Shown one piece after another: positions 49,892 to 61,300 of a stretch of 64,000 nt of DNA (position 1 is the stretch's first letter; each line of letters starts with the position of its first letter). This stretch comes from Candidatus Thorarchaeota archaeon. GTDB taxonomy: Archaea; Asgardarchaeota; Thorarchaeia; Thorarchaeales; Thorarchaeaceae. A program made the translations under genes and the position numbers. The notes under the pieces were generated by a model. The model ran no database searches and was not told the DNA's origin. It saw nothing but the letters and a program-made list of their open reading frames with translations. The stretch covers positions 76,547 to 140,546 of the forward strand of contig JAGSHN010000018.1 in the NCBI GenBank assembly GCA_029855935.1, read 5' to 3'.

Positions 49892-51004
49892 ATGTCATAC
49901 GACAGGTGCGTGAGATGCGGCTCCTGCATGAGGTTCTGCCCTCTCTTCGAGGCAAGAGAGGAGGAGCAGTGGACACCAAGAGCCAAGACCTACCTTCTGC
50001 AAGTGATGGACATGATAGAGGCCGACGAGGAGCTCGGCAAGGAGTTCAGACGGCTTCTATTCCAATGTGCGATGTGCGGGCGTTGCGAGGAGGTATGCTC
50101 CTCCGATGTCGATCTGCTTGAGATATGGCACGAACAACGTGCGAAGGCCCGAAAGGAGGCGCCACGTGAGTTCCAGTATCTGGATGCCCTGAGAAGGGCG
50201 ATTGCAAATGTGAAAAACATCTACGGCCTAGACCCGGAGGACCGGGCAGTCTTCTGGATGGACGAGATAGAGGATGATGTGCCAGACATCGAGGAGCGAG
50301 TCTACGCGCCCGGCAAGCGTGCAGAGGTGATGGTGTTCCTTGGGTGCCTGATGTCATTCAGAGCAAGCCAGCTTGATGTGGTCAGAGCGCTCTTCAAGTC
50401 GCTTGAGAGAACGGGTACAGACTATCTTGTGATGGGGGCCGAGGAGTTCTGCTGCGGCCATCCTCTTCATCTGATGGGTGATGACGAGGGGGCCGAAGAG
50501 CTGAGGACTCACAACAAGAGTGTGATTGAGGACGCGGGCGCAAAGTATGTTATCACCTGCTGTCCCGGCTGCCTGATACAACTCAGACAGTATCACAACA
50601 TACAGAATGCCGAGGTACTGCATCATACGCAGTTCTTTGACAGGGTACTGGACAATCCGCCCAAGTATCGCAGCGAAACAGAATATCCGTATCACGACCC
50701 GTGCGAATTGCACCGAATAAGCGGGGTCAAGAAGGAGCCACGCTCCCTGATGACAAAGCTGGGCGTGAACTTTCGTGAGATGGACCTCTCGTGCTGTGGC
50801 GGCGGCGGACTGCTTAGGATGACCGACCCTGACCTGAGCGAGAAGATAATGGAGGTCAGAAAGAGAAAGGAGCGTCTTGAGAGCGAGACGGTTCTGACGT
50901 GCTGTCCGTCGTGCAGAGAGCAGTTCCTTGCTGCGGGAATAGATACTAAGGACATCGTCGAGATACTGGACGAGGCCTTTGAGCAGGAGGAGCTGAAGGA
51001 ATGA
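49892..51004 (+). CDS. Fe-S/CCG-domain oxidoreductase subunit (GlcF/HdrD-like)
   Basis: Two CxxCxxCxxxC motifs; CCG domains. Confidence 0.9.
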   Translation: MSYDRCVRCGSCMRFCPLFEAREEEQWTPRAKTYLLQVMDMIEADEELGKEFRRLLFQCAMCGRCEEVCSSDVDLLEIWHEQRAKARKEAPREFQYLDALRRAIANVKNIYGLDPEDRAVFWMDEIEDDVPDIEERVYAPGKRAEVMVFLGCLMSFRASQLDVVRALFKSLERTGTDYLVMGAEEFCCGHPLHLMGDDEGAEELRTHNKSVIEDAGAKYVITCCPGCLIQLRQYHNIQNAEVLHHTQFFDRVLDNPPKYRSETEYPYHDPCELHRISGVKKEPRSLMTKLGVNFREMDLSCCGGGGLLRMTDPDLSEKIMEVRKRKERLESETVLTCCPSCREQFLAAGIDTKDIVEILDEAFEQEELKE

Positions 51005-52338
51005 GGCTCAGAGATGTTGTGATTGGTGCGAATGCCTCAATATTCTACAGGCTTGACTTCTCAAAGATCAAGGATGTCTTTTATCCGCACACAGAGGAGG
51101 AAGCAGAACAGGCCATCCGTTTTGCCAGAGAGCGGAGTCTACGGATCACCGTGAAGGGCGGCGGTTCTGGTCTCAGCGGCGCCTGCACTGGCGGCAATGA
51201 TGAGCGGATAGTGATCAGCACTCTGTGGTTGAACAAGATACTCCGTATCGACCCACAGGGAGGATACATCGATGTCCAGCCCGGGCTCACGCCCGACCTG
51301 ATAAACGAGGCACTGAAGCCCTATGGAATGAAGTTCTATGTTGCACCCAGCAGCCGCGATGTCGCCACCGTGGGTGGAATTCTGAGCACAGACGGTGGTG
51401 GCAACGACACCTGGGTCAATGGCACAATGCGTGACAACACCCTCCGAGTGAGAATGATACTCTACGATGGGCGCAAGATCACGGTGACTCGTGAGGGCGT
51501 GGAGAGCGAGGATGAAGAGCTCGCGGAGGAGTTGAACAGGCTCCGTGTCACTCTTGACGACGTGGCCAGCTCACACGGGACACTGGGGTTCGTCACAGAG
51601 TTGCGTCTGCAGATCAGGCCACTGTCTGAGGAGAGTGTCGTCGGTGGTGTGGCCCACTTCGACGATGCCACTCAGCTCGGACAGGCAATCCATCGGATGA
51701 TTGAGGCGCGCAGTCCAATCAAGTACGGAGAGGCAATTGTGGCGGCACATCCCGACGTGAGAGAGGACCTCAGACCGCCACTGATAACGCTTCAGTTCCC
51801 AGGCGACTACGCGGACGACCTGAGGGAGATCCTCGACATCGAGCTCCTGCCGGACGAGCAGGTGGATCGTATGAAGGACATCAGAATCAAGCTTCCCAAA
51901 CGCAATCCGAAGCAGGGTATCCAGCTCGCCCTGTTTGAGGGCTATGGTCTGCACGGGAGGAGCCTGTTGAATATGCAGGCAACGGTGGACGCCATCAACG
52001 AGCTCCTTGAGAGCCACAGGTACACGCCATTCGCCAAGTATGGTCACGCTCCAAGCAAGTGGTATCTCGGTGACAACACCGCGGCCTATGGGATGGTGAT
52101 GCACTCCCGAGAGATCCGGCCAGAGCACACCACACGTGAGGAGGTCCTCAACACAATACTCGACATCGTCGACCTCTGTGAGAAACTGGGCGTGACACCG
52201 AAACCGGAGCACAAGTGGCCGTTCAGTGATACAGTCAAGCTGAATAGGCTGAGGGAGATACGCAGGGTCGTTGGAGGAGGCTTCAACGACTTTCTTCTGC
52301 GAGACGACTACAGAGAGGTTCTCCGGTCGATGGTCTGA
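51001..52338 (+). CDS. FAD-binding oxidoreductase (GlcD/D-lactate dehydrogenase-like)
   Basis: GGGSGLSG, PSS...TVGG, HGTLGFVTE, EH near C-terminus. Confidence 0.85.
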   Translation: MRLRDVVIGANASIFYRLDFSKIKDVFYPHTEEEAEQAIRFARERSLRITVKGGGSGLSGACTGGNDERIVISTLWLNKILRIDPQGGYIDVQPGLTPDLINEALKPYGMKFYVAPSSRDVATVGGILSTDGGGNDTWVNGTMRDNTLRVRMILYDGRKITVTREGVESEDEELAEELNRLRVTLDDVASSHGTLGFVTELRLQIRPLSEESVVGGVAHFDDATQLGQAIHRMIEARSPIKYGEAIVAAHPDVREDLRPPLITLQFPGDYADDLREILDIELLPDEQVDRMKDIRIKLPKRNPKQGIQLALFEGYGLHGRSLLNMQATVDAINELLESHRYTPFAKYGHAPSKWYLGDNTAAYGMVMHSREIRPEHTTREEVLNTILDIVDLCEKLGVTPKPEHKWPFSDTVKLNRLREIRRVVGGGFNDFLLRDDYREVLRSMV

Positions 52339-52420
52339 GCTGTCACACATCGGATTACTTTCGGCGCTCTCCCTCAGGGGGCGCTTAAATAGGCTGGTCC
52401 AGACTGCCGTATGATGTGAT

Positions 52421-53557
52421 ATGCACCGGACGCACAGCCCCAGAGGCCTCTTCGATCCCTACTACGTCCCGGAGCAGATCCTGTTCAGGGACCGGGAGAT
52501 GGACACGATACAGAGGCTCTACAGAGACTCCTACGAGGATGAATATGGTGTCAACTGCCTTGTCCATGGAATCGCTGGCGTTGGGAGAACTGTCTTCTCC
52601 AGGTACTTCCTGACAAAGATTGTCCCAAGAGAGTTCGACGCACACACCGTCTACGTGGATGCGAAGTACAAGGATGTCCTTGAGATAGTGAGCGAGCTGG
52701 CCGATAAGATAAGGAGTGTGACCAACCAGCCCATAACGGTCGCCTTCGACCTCGACGTCCTCTGGATGCAGTTCAAGAGAGCAGCGACTCATGCGCCGAA
52801 GAGGACCGTCTTTGTCATCGACAACATTGATGAGGCCAACGAGGACATCTATCTCAAGCTGGCGCGACTGTCCAAGGAGATCAATGCCAGCACCATCGGC
52901 GTGCTGAACAGTCACGACTACAGGCTGCTCACTAGGGCGCCGCAGATGCAGATGAGCTGTGACTTCGAGGTGCCCCTCGACACGTATACCCAGTCGCAGC
53001 TGTACGCCATCGTCCGCCAGAGAGTCGAGGACACATTTCCACTCGGACTACCCGAGGATGTCGTGAGGTACATAACGGACCTCGTGTGCGAGTTCGATGC
53101 ATCCAGGCCCAAGACATCCATTGAGGCGTTGAAGGCACTCTGGCCGATGGCTAGTAGCGGACAGGAGATCGACTCCGACACCGTCCGCGCTGCCACCTCA
53201 AGGATAACGAGCGCATTCCTTGACCAAGACTATTTCGAGACTGTTCAGACAGTGGGACTCAACAACTTCACGACACTTCTTGTGTTGGAGGCCCTGACCG
53301 AGCACCTGATACACTACAAGAACGAGACCTACGTCGACCGACGACTACTGGAGGATCTCGTCGAGGTGAAGTGTGAGGAACTCGGCGTCAGGAGTATGAC
53401 ACGTGAGGAGATTGAGAACAGCATCCAGTCACTGATCTTTCAGAGCATAGTGTTCGAGTCAGGTTATTCCAAGGACCTCCTCTACGTCATAGCTCCTCCA
53501 GAGGTCCTATGCGATGCCGCACGTAGCATGAGGAGAGAACTTGCAAGAAGAAAATAG
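52421..53557 (+). CDS. Cdc6/Orc1-like AAA+ paralogue with variant Walker motifs
   Basis: FDPYYVPEQILFRDRE, GIAGVGRT, VIDNID, YTQSQL..IVRQR. Confidence 0.8.
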   Translation: MHRTHSPRGLFDPYYVPEQILFRDREMDTIQRLYRDSYEDEYGVNCLVHGIAGVGRTVFSRYFLTKIVPREFDAHTVYVDAKYKDVLEIVSELADKIRSVTNQPITVAFDLDVLWMQFKRAATHAPKRTVFVIDNIDEANEDIYLKLARLSKEINASTIGVLNSHDYRLLTRAPQMQMSCDFEVPLDTYTQSQLYAIVRQRVEDTFPLGLPEDVVRYITDLVCEFDASRPKTSIEALKALWPMASSGQEIDSDTVRAATSRITSAFLDQDYFETVQTVGLNNFTTLLVLEALTEHLIHYKNETYVDRRLLEDLVEVKCEELGVRSMTREEIENSIQSLIFQSIVFESGYSKDLLYVIAPPEVLCDAARSMRRELARRK

Positions 53558-53560
53558 GAA

Positions 53561-53588
53561 GTGTCGGCCGCGTGGTGCTGGCCGGCAC
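53561..53588. terminator. Hairpin between convergent genes
   Basis: gtgtcggcc...ggccggcac. Confidence 0.4.
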
Positions 53589-53616
53589 GTGGTGATATGT
53601 TGACGCCAGTGGGGAC

Positions 53617-54042
53617 TCAGCTCGCCTTCTTCTCGGCGTACTGGGCCTTCACCCACTCCTCAAGACCCTCTTTACCCTGAAGCTTCGAGAGCTCCTCGTC
53701 AAGGTTGGTGCCCTCGATGACGGCAATCCAGCCTTTGCCGTACGGATCCTCGTTGAGGAGGCCAGGGTTCTTCTTGAGTTCCTCATTGACCTCAACAATC
53801 TTGCCGGTGACAGGCGACCTGACTGCGCCAGCCCACTTGCCAGACTCAAGCGTCCCAATGCTCTTGCCAGTCTTGATGTCACGTCCTGCAGGCTTCAGCC
53901 GAACAAACTTGATCTTCCCCGCGAGGTCCATCCCAAAAGTGGTGAACCCTAGGCGGACCTTTCCATCCTCTCGCTTGACCCACAGCTGATCGTCCGTGTA
54001 GTACAGATCATCGGGAAACTCATAGCCTTCATATGTGACCAT
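53617..54042 (-). CDS. gcvH: Glycine cleavage system H protein (lipoyl carrier)
   Basis: FPDDLYY, LESGKW, SPVTG, EVN, DPYGKGW. Confidence 0.93.
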   Translation of the reverse strand: MVTYEGYEFPDDLYYTDDQLWVKREDGKVRLGFTTFGMDLAGKIKFVRLKPAGRDIKTGKSIGTLESGKWAGAVRSPVTGKIVEVNEELKKNPGLLNEDPYGKGWIAVIEGTNLDEELSKLQGKEGLEEWVKAQYAEKKAS

Positions 54043-54143
54043 AATGGTATCACCTAGCGAAGACTGGTCGAAGTCGTGACTTAAGACATTTGCCATTCAC
54101 AGACGTGTGTACGTCTGAGGGACGTTCTGTCGCGGCCGGACGC

Positions 54144-54332
54144 TCACTCGCCACGCATTGCTGCCTGCAGCCGACTCAGCTCGTCAGAGTCGACCTCGAC
54201 ATAGATAGAACCGACATAGTTGCAGTCCTTGCAGTGATATGTTGCAGGTGTCAACCAACCACTGACGGACGTGTGAATCTCGTGAATGTTTGTGCTGCCG
54301 CACTGCGGGCAGACCCGGACCTTGTGAGCCAT
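54144..54332 (-). CDS. Small zinc-ribbon protein
   Basis: CPQCGS...CKDCNY. Confidence 0.8.
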   Translation of the reverse strand: MAHKVRVCPQCGSTNIHEIHTSVSGWLTPATYHCKDCNYVGSIYVEVDSDELSRLQAAMRGE

Positions 54333-54471
54333 CAGAATACCTCCCGGCACAGACCGTTGGTGCAACAGTAGACTGTCTCCTCATCGCCCCTTTTGAAACT
54401 AGTGGTCAGCAGGAGGCGCTCTCACTGCAGATATGGGCTTTAATACTCCCACGCCGAGTCATACTTGGTAG

Positions 54472-55251
54472 ATGATGGACGTGTCTCGCATCACCCGACG
54501 ACCGACGCCTGCAGCAGCACCACCAGAGTTCAGAACAGCCGATGAGCTGCTGCATGAGTCCGTCAGTACAGGTGTCCGCGAGATTGACGACCTTCTCGGA
54601 GGGGGGCTGGAGTTCGGGCAGATGTACCTGTTCTATGGTCATAGGTCTATGCATGACGACGTTCAGAGGATGGCAGTGCATATGCAGCTTGCTCCCAAGA
54701 GGGGAGGCTGCGGTAGGCCCACGATCATCATAGACAGTGCCAACATCATCTCGACCGAACACATAGCCGACTGCGCCTTGCAGCTGGGTCTCGAGCCCGA
54801 GAGCGTGATGGAACGGATATACATCACACGCGCCTTCAACTCGTCCCAGACCTACGAACTCGTGATGGGACAGCTGAAGGAGATATTTCAGAGCGTCCCG
54901 GACACAGTGCTGCTCATAGTGGCGGGATTACCAGACCTGTTCATCACAGAGGGGATGACCACAGATGCGACGCGAGATATCGCGCGTATGGCAGCACGAC
55001 TCAAGACGTTCACGCTTGCAATGGGAATCATCACCATTGTCTCGGCACCATCATCACAACGGAACCCACGCTATCCAGCCGGAGGACGCGCTCTGGCCTC
55101 CAGCGCACAGATACACATCTACGTGAGAGCCGGTAGAGGCCACCTGAGGTACACGCTGGCCAAACATCCGTCACGACCAGTGAGAGAGGTGGTCCGTCCC
55201 ATCGAGGCACCTAGGAGCAACACCCTGCCCCTATCCTATTTCCTAAGATAG
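54472..55251 (+). CDS. RadA/Rad51 paralogue lacking Walker A
   Basis: F.TADEL, STGVREIDDLLGGGL, ERIYITRAFNS..; P-loop replaced by YGHRSMHD. Confidence 0.85.
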   Translation: MMDVSRITRRPTPAAAPPEFRTADELLHESVSTGVREIDDLLGGGLEFGQMYLFYGHRSMHDDVQRMAVHMQLAPKRGGCGRPTIIIDSANIISTEHIADCALQLGLEPESVMERIYITRAFNSSQTYELVMGQLKEIFQSVPDTVLLIVAGLPDLFITEGMTTDATRDIARMAARLKTFTLAMGIITIVSAPSSQRNPRYPAGGRALASSAQIHIYVRAGRGHLRYTLAKHPSRPVREVVRPIEAPRSNTLPLSYFLR

Positions 55252-55306
55252 GCTGGCCCCTGTGGGCTGGGACAGGTGTGAGGTCGGCCTATGAGCCGAC
55301 ACGCCG

Positions 55307-58300
55307 CTATGACGAGTCGTTGTCAATCAGGCTACGTATCAGCTCGTCGACCAGCTCTCTTGGGAGGTTCTTGGCCTGGTCAATGATTGTGTCAATCTCG
55401 TGCGGCGGTACGCCACGAGCCTCCAGCTTCCGTTTCAGCTCCTCGAGTTCGAAGGGACTGAGCCTGTCGGTCACAGGCGGCCTTGCCTCCTCTGCCTCTA
55501 TCGATGGGGCCGCGATCTCCGTGGGCTCAGGTCTCGTCCCAAGCGCCTCTACCTCCGGCACCGGCCGTTCCTCCTTCATCTCTCTGCCGAGGATGAGCGC
55601 CTCGCCCACCGCCTCCTCCGGTCGTCCGTAGGCAGCTGGAGCGCCCCTGCCCAGACGCGCCTTGGCAATCTTCTCAATCTCTTGGAGCACCTCCTCCATC
55701 GTCTTGCCCTCACGTCTTGCTGCGCGCATGGCCTCCTGGTTGATGACCTCCTTGACAAAGGCAGCCTGCTCGCTGAGCTTCATCTTGGAGATGTCGGACT
55801 TGAACTCGTCGAGCTCCTCAGGCGAGAGGTTGGTCAGGATTGACAGCTGCATCAGCAGCTCTCCCATCTCTGGAATGTCGACCTTCACGCTCTCCGGCGG
55901 GAGTTGCTCCGGCTCGCGTGTGATGCCAAGTTCTGAGTAGGTGTCGTTGAACAGTGATGCAAGAAGCTCCTGTCTGGACTTGGCATCCGAGACCGGCTTT
56001 GGTACCTTACCCCTCCTCAGCGCACGGATCTGGCCATTGATCTGGCGGACACGCTTTGGCACGCTCCAGACCTTGACGTAGAGAATGACAAGGACGAGCA
56101 GGAACAGACTCAGTGGCAGGCCGTAAGTTGTCGCTCGCTGGACCAACACGTCGGTGTCATTAGGCACAACCTCTATGGCATAGGTGAGGCTGACGTTCGC
56201 ATAGTACTGTCGTCCGAGATTGATTCTCACAATTGCCGTTCCCACGCCGACCCCGTTCAGCGTGACCGTATAGTGACCTGTGCCGTCACCCGGTGCGACA
56301 GCCACCTGCAGCACAGCCTCGTTGTTTGAGACCGCCTCGATGAAGTCGGCAGTGACTCCGCGACCGTGCCAAGTGTCGTTATAGAACAGGTCGATTGTGA
56401 CAGCGTCCCCGTGGACAAGGCTCACAGAGGGCGACGTGAGAGATGCCACAAAGGAGGTCGGGATGTCGACAATCCGTATCCGTATGACGATCTCCTGCTC
56501 AGTGCGATTGTCGAGATGCAGACCGATGATTGCACGGTAGGTCTGACCAGTCACAGGGACGCCCTCGCTGTACTCGTAGAGCGTGAGATCATTGGTGTCG
56601 AAGATGAACGAGTAGTAGCCACCACCAAGCTCAATTATCTCAATGGGATGACCACCGCTGAAGGTGTCACCACGCAGCTCGCTCTCAGGAGTGAGGGTGG
56701 CCCCCTCGATGCCACCGATGTACATCTCAACGTCGCCATAATAGATTGTCACGTTGACATAGTCGCCCATCGGAACAATCAGGTTGCGAGAACTGTCCTC
56801 AACTATGTTCTGCTCTGGGGCGTACACCTGGACTTCGGTCTCTATCAGCTCGAGCGTGAGCTGTACTGCTCCGTTCGACTCTATGTAGTTGGCCTTCGAG
56901 AATGAGATTGTTATGCTCCATTTGATCTCTGGGAGCAGCACGGTGGTGTCAACAGGCACCAAGTAGGTGCCGTTGCCGAGGTCGATTGCCTCGACGCCCG
57001 TGTACGGACCCCAGCTGTACCGTGCATTCGCGCCGACAATCGGCCGGTCGAACACCTCATCCCAGTATGTGAAGCTGAGGTTGCCAGTCCAGCCCCACGG
57101 GCGGGTGAGCGGATTCGGGCCATAGACCACTGTCGGGATGCGCTTCACTGTGAGCGTCAGTGCAGTGACGGCATTGGAGAACTGTGGGTCGGCAGGCCTA
57201 GCCCTGATCGTGATTGCCCAGATGCCGTAGCCAATGGTCGAAGTGTTGAGGTCGTAGTAGTAGTATCCCGGTCGTAGCGGGTCCTCGACCATGGTGCCGT
57301 TGACCTCTATGTCGGTGATGTACCACGTGACAGTGGCACTGGTGAGTAGTGCGCTCTCATTGAACAGCTCAGTAAAGACCACGGTCAGCCGCACAGTCTC
57401 GGAATAGAACAGAGTCATCTCCTGGGTCGTGCCCGATTCCTCATCGAGTATGAGCTGGGTTCGGGTCTGCTGAAGCTCAATCGTGAACTGGTAGCTTGCC
57501 GGGTTGAAATTCCGCATCTTCGCTGTGATCCGGAAGTAGTAGAAGCCGGTGTTCACGTCACTCGTATCCGATCCAGGCATATAGGCCTTATAGAAGCCAG
57601 GTGTGCCGTTGTAGACGAAGGTGTAGGTGATACCGTTGCCCTCGAAAGTACCGGTTATCTCCTGCACGTAGATGTTGCCCACAGGAGCGTTTGAGTAGGT
57701 ATTGTTGAGGTAGATTGTGATGTTGGCGCCCTCGCCTCGGTACGTACTAAGCACAAGCCCAGCGGGCTCTATCGGGACGATACTCGACGGCAGAGTCAGC
57801 ACAACGAGACTGACAGTTGTGACCGCGCTCGCGTACTGAGTCTTGGATGCGGTGACTGTCACCACACGCGTGCCAGCATCCTCTAGGCTGGTGTCGAGAT
57901 CCGCGTAGTACCTACCGAGGACCGCAGACTCGGTGAAGTAGACTGTCTGACCACCCCAGGTGCACCAGACGGTTGCGCCCGTGGTCAGGTTTCCGTGGAG
58001 GAGATCCTCGTAGTCCACATAGACCCGAACCGTGTCGGTCCAGTTGGCCTGGATGGAGGTGGTAGGCGCACTGAGGGCTGTGTCAATGACCTTGACCGTG
58101 AAGGTGGGTTGTACACTCGACGCTGTGTACGGCCACTTCTCGGCGGTGATGTTCAGCGTCCAACTGCCAGTGGTGGTGATGTCAATCGTGCTGAAGCTGA
58201 CATTGTAGACGCCAGTACCAGCGGGTGTTATCTGGAGGTTGGTCGGCACCTTTCCGGTCGAGAGATAGGTGACCGTGAGGCTCGCACCATCGACACCAAT

Positions 58301-61300
58301 GGATCCGTGATCGAGGTCAGTGTAATAGACCAGGACGTAGACGTCCTGGCTGATCTGCACAGAGGATGGAGTCGGCAGGTCGGAGGTCAGGACTGCCCAG
58401 ATGAGGTCGACAGACCCGATCAAGGTCATCGTGGTCTTGTTGGCGTAGAACGGCGATGCAGAGGGGTTCCAATGCACTGTCAGCAGGAAGTGGAAGTCAC
58501 CCGTCGTGAGCAGAGCAGCCGTCGAGACCTTGACCGTGTACTGACCAACATCGGCGCCAGTGCCAGGATACACCCAGTAGGAGGAGCCCTCCTGCAGCGG
58601 CTGCTCAACGCAGTCAAAGAGGATTATCGCATTGCCAACTGGAGTTCCGTGACCCTCATCGAGAACACTGAACACGATTGTCATATTGTCACCCAGCGGG
58701 GTCGTCTCGATGGGGCCGACCTCGACGGTCATAGTTCTGCCTTTGGTGCTGAGACGCAATGTTGTGACATCATCAGCATAGTAGGGCGGGGTCCCGGCAT
58801 TCCAGTCGACCTTGATGGTGAGGTTGTAGTCCGTGACCAGATGAGAGCTCAGGACTGTGGAGTTGATGCTCACCTCGAAGATGCTTCCTACCTTCCGCAT
58901 TGCGAAGTCGGCGGAGCTAAGCTGCGTGCCATTGCCATAGAGAATGACGTTTGACGCCTGAATGTCTATCGGCGAGCGGCGAATGGTGTCCGTGTACGAG
59001 AATGTGAAAGTGACGTTGTCGAGAAACTGCGTTGCCGACGGAGGCGATACTATCTCAACATTGGTTGTTCTCTCGACGACCGAAAAGGTCACATTGCGAG
59101 CAGCATCGTCGTGATAGGGGGCTCCCCCCGGCCAGTTGGCCCGGACTGTGACCAGATAGCTACCAAGTCCGCCGAGAGCACTCGTGTTGAGGTAGACCAC
59201 ATAGACACCAGTGCTGACCTCCTGATAGTAGTAGTAGGTCGAACTGATGCTTGAACCACTGGTCACTAGGGAGAACGTTGCACCACTGATGCCCGAGCCA
59301 CCATCCACGTCACGGTAGTATACCTTGATTGGTGAGTACTCGAGATATGATGTTGGCAGTGGAGCCTCCATCACGTCGAGCACGGATGTGCGGTTCCGGA
59401 TGGAGTACTCTATGAACGTGTCATCCCAGTAATAGTACGGCTCGATGTTCGCGTAGCTCATGTTCACGTGCAGGGTGTACGTCTGACCCACAGACAATGG
59501 CTGCCCCTGAGTCTCGACGACTAGCAGGTAGTTCTGGTACGTCGGCCGCCAAGTGATGTTGTAGACCCACGGCACGCCCGTGTCCGTCAGGATTGTGAGC
59601 GTAGTTGACGTGCCAATGTTGTCAAGGGTCAGCATGTCCTGGAAGTATAGTACGATCTCAAGAGGCGTTCCGTAGCCCACACTGCCAACAGGCTCAGCCG
59701 ACAGGAGAGTCGTACGATAGCGCAGCTGCAGGTCGCGGACAGCATAGGCATCCGCGCGATAGTACGTGCCTGCATAGACAAAGCTGGCGTTCAGGGAATA
59801 GACGCCTGGCGATGTCAGGAACGTCGTGTTGAGAGTGATTGTCAGCGTTCCCTGACCATCGTGCACGTAGTCGTAGTAGCCCGTCAGAGGTGAACCACCG
59901 TAGTAGAGCTCGAATGTGAAATCGGGGATTCCAACAGGCGAGGATCCCGCCACATCCAAGTACGAGACCGTGAATGTGACATTGTCGCCAAAGGGCACTG
60001 GTGGTGGAGCTGGGAAGTCAACCTGAGTCTGCCTATTCACCACGGTCAGAGTGATCTGCACCTGAGTCTGATTCGCATAGTACGGTGTTCCGGCCCAAGT
60101 CACGTTCAGATAGAAGGAGACCTCGCCCACACCGCCAAACTGCGACGTGTTGAAGTAGATGCTGAAGCTCTTTGACACGGAGTCGTATACAATCCGTGGG
60201 GTGAGCGACAATGAGGTGACTACATCGAGTTGAGACGAGTCCTCAATCGGGACGCTCGTTGTGCCAGTTGTGTCAAGATAGGTGAATGTCAGTGTTGCGT
60301 TCTCACCATAGGCCGTGTTGGCGGGTCGGTTCAGTGAGAGGAACGTGTCACGACGGATGATTGACACGCGCACGGATGTGGAATCGTCCGCATAGTACGG
60401 AACGACCTCCGGATAGTTCACGAGAACTGTGATGTTGCGGTTCGACACGAGTGTCGCACTTATGACGGTCGAGTCTATGCTGATCTCGAAATCGTTCGTG
60501 GTGCCCTGCCTCGACATCGAGAAGTCTGCGGTGGTCAGCGGGGTACCCTCGTTGTAGACGGTCACCATATTCTTAGTTATATCCACGGAGGAGTCAGAAC
60601 GCAGGTCGACAAGAGAGATGATGAATGTCACATTCTCCTGATATCTCGTCTGACCTGGAGGCGACACAACCTCAAGACTTGTCGGCCTGTGTGTCACCGT
60701 GATGTCGAGCGTGATTGACGCGTTACCATAGTATGGCACACCACCTGTCCAGTTGGCCCATACTGTCACCTGAGTAGCGCCAAGCCCGTTGAGAGCGCTG
60801 GCATTGATTGACACTTGGTAGAGACCACTGCCGAGCGGTGACACCAAGTACTCAGTTCCCTGTGACAACGGAGTGCCACCCTTGTAGACCGTCAGAATAC
60901 CCCCGTCAATCGTGCCCGAGAAGTCGGTGTCACGATATTGAAGCGTGAAGTTGGCAAACTCGTTGTATGGCGTGGGCACAGGTGAGATTGACAGTTCGAG
61001 GGACGAGTAGCGAGGACGGACCTCATACTGCACGTACACATCATCCCATCCATAGAATGGCGCCTTGTAGGCGTACGAGAAGTTCAGATGCAGCGTGTAC
61101 ACAGTATTGATAGTGAGACCGAGATTGTAGGTTTCGACGTGCAGCACGTAGCGGCTGAGACCACTGTCCCACGTTATCGTGTAGATGGCGTTCGACGGGC
61201 TGATCACATCGAGAGTCACATCACCAGTCGAGTTGCCAATGTGTGCCAGCGTATAGAGATCCTGGAAGTTCAGTATCACCTCAAGCGTGCCGTTGTACGG

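Noticed and set aside
52340-52420. Replication origin next to cdc6
   Set aside because: Short, GC-rich gap with no convincing ORB repeats or AT-rich unwinding element
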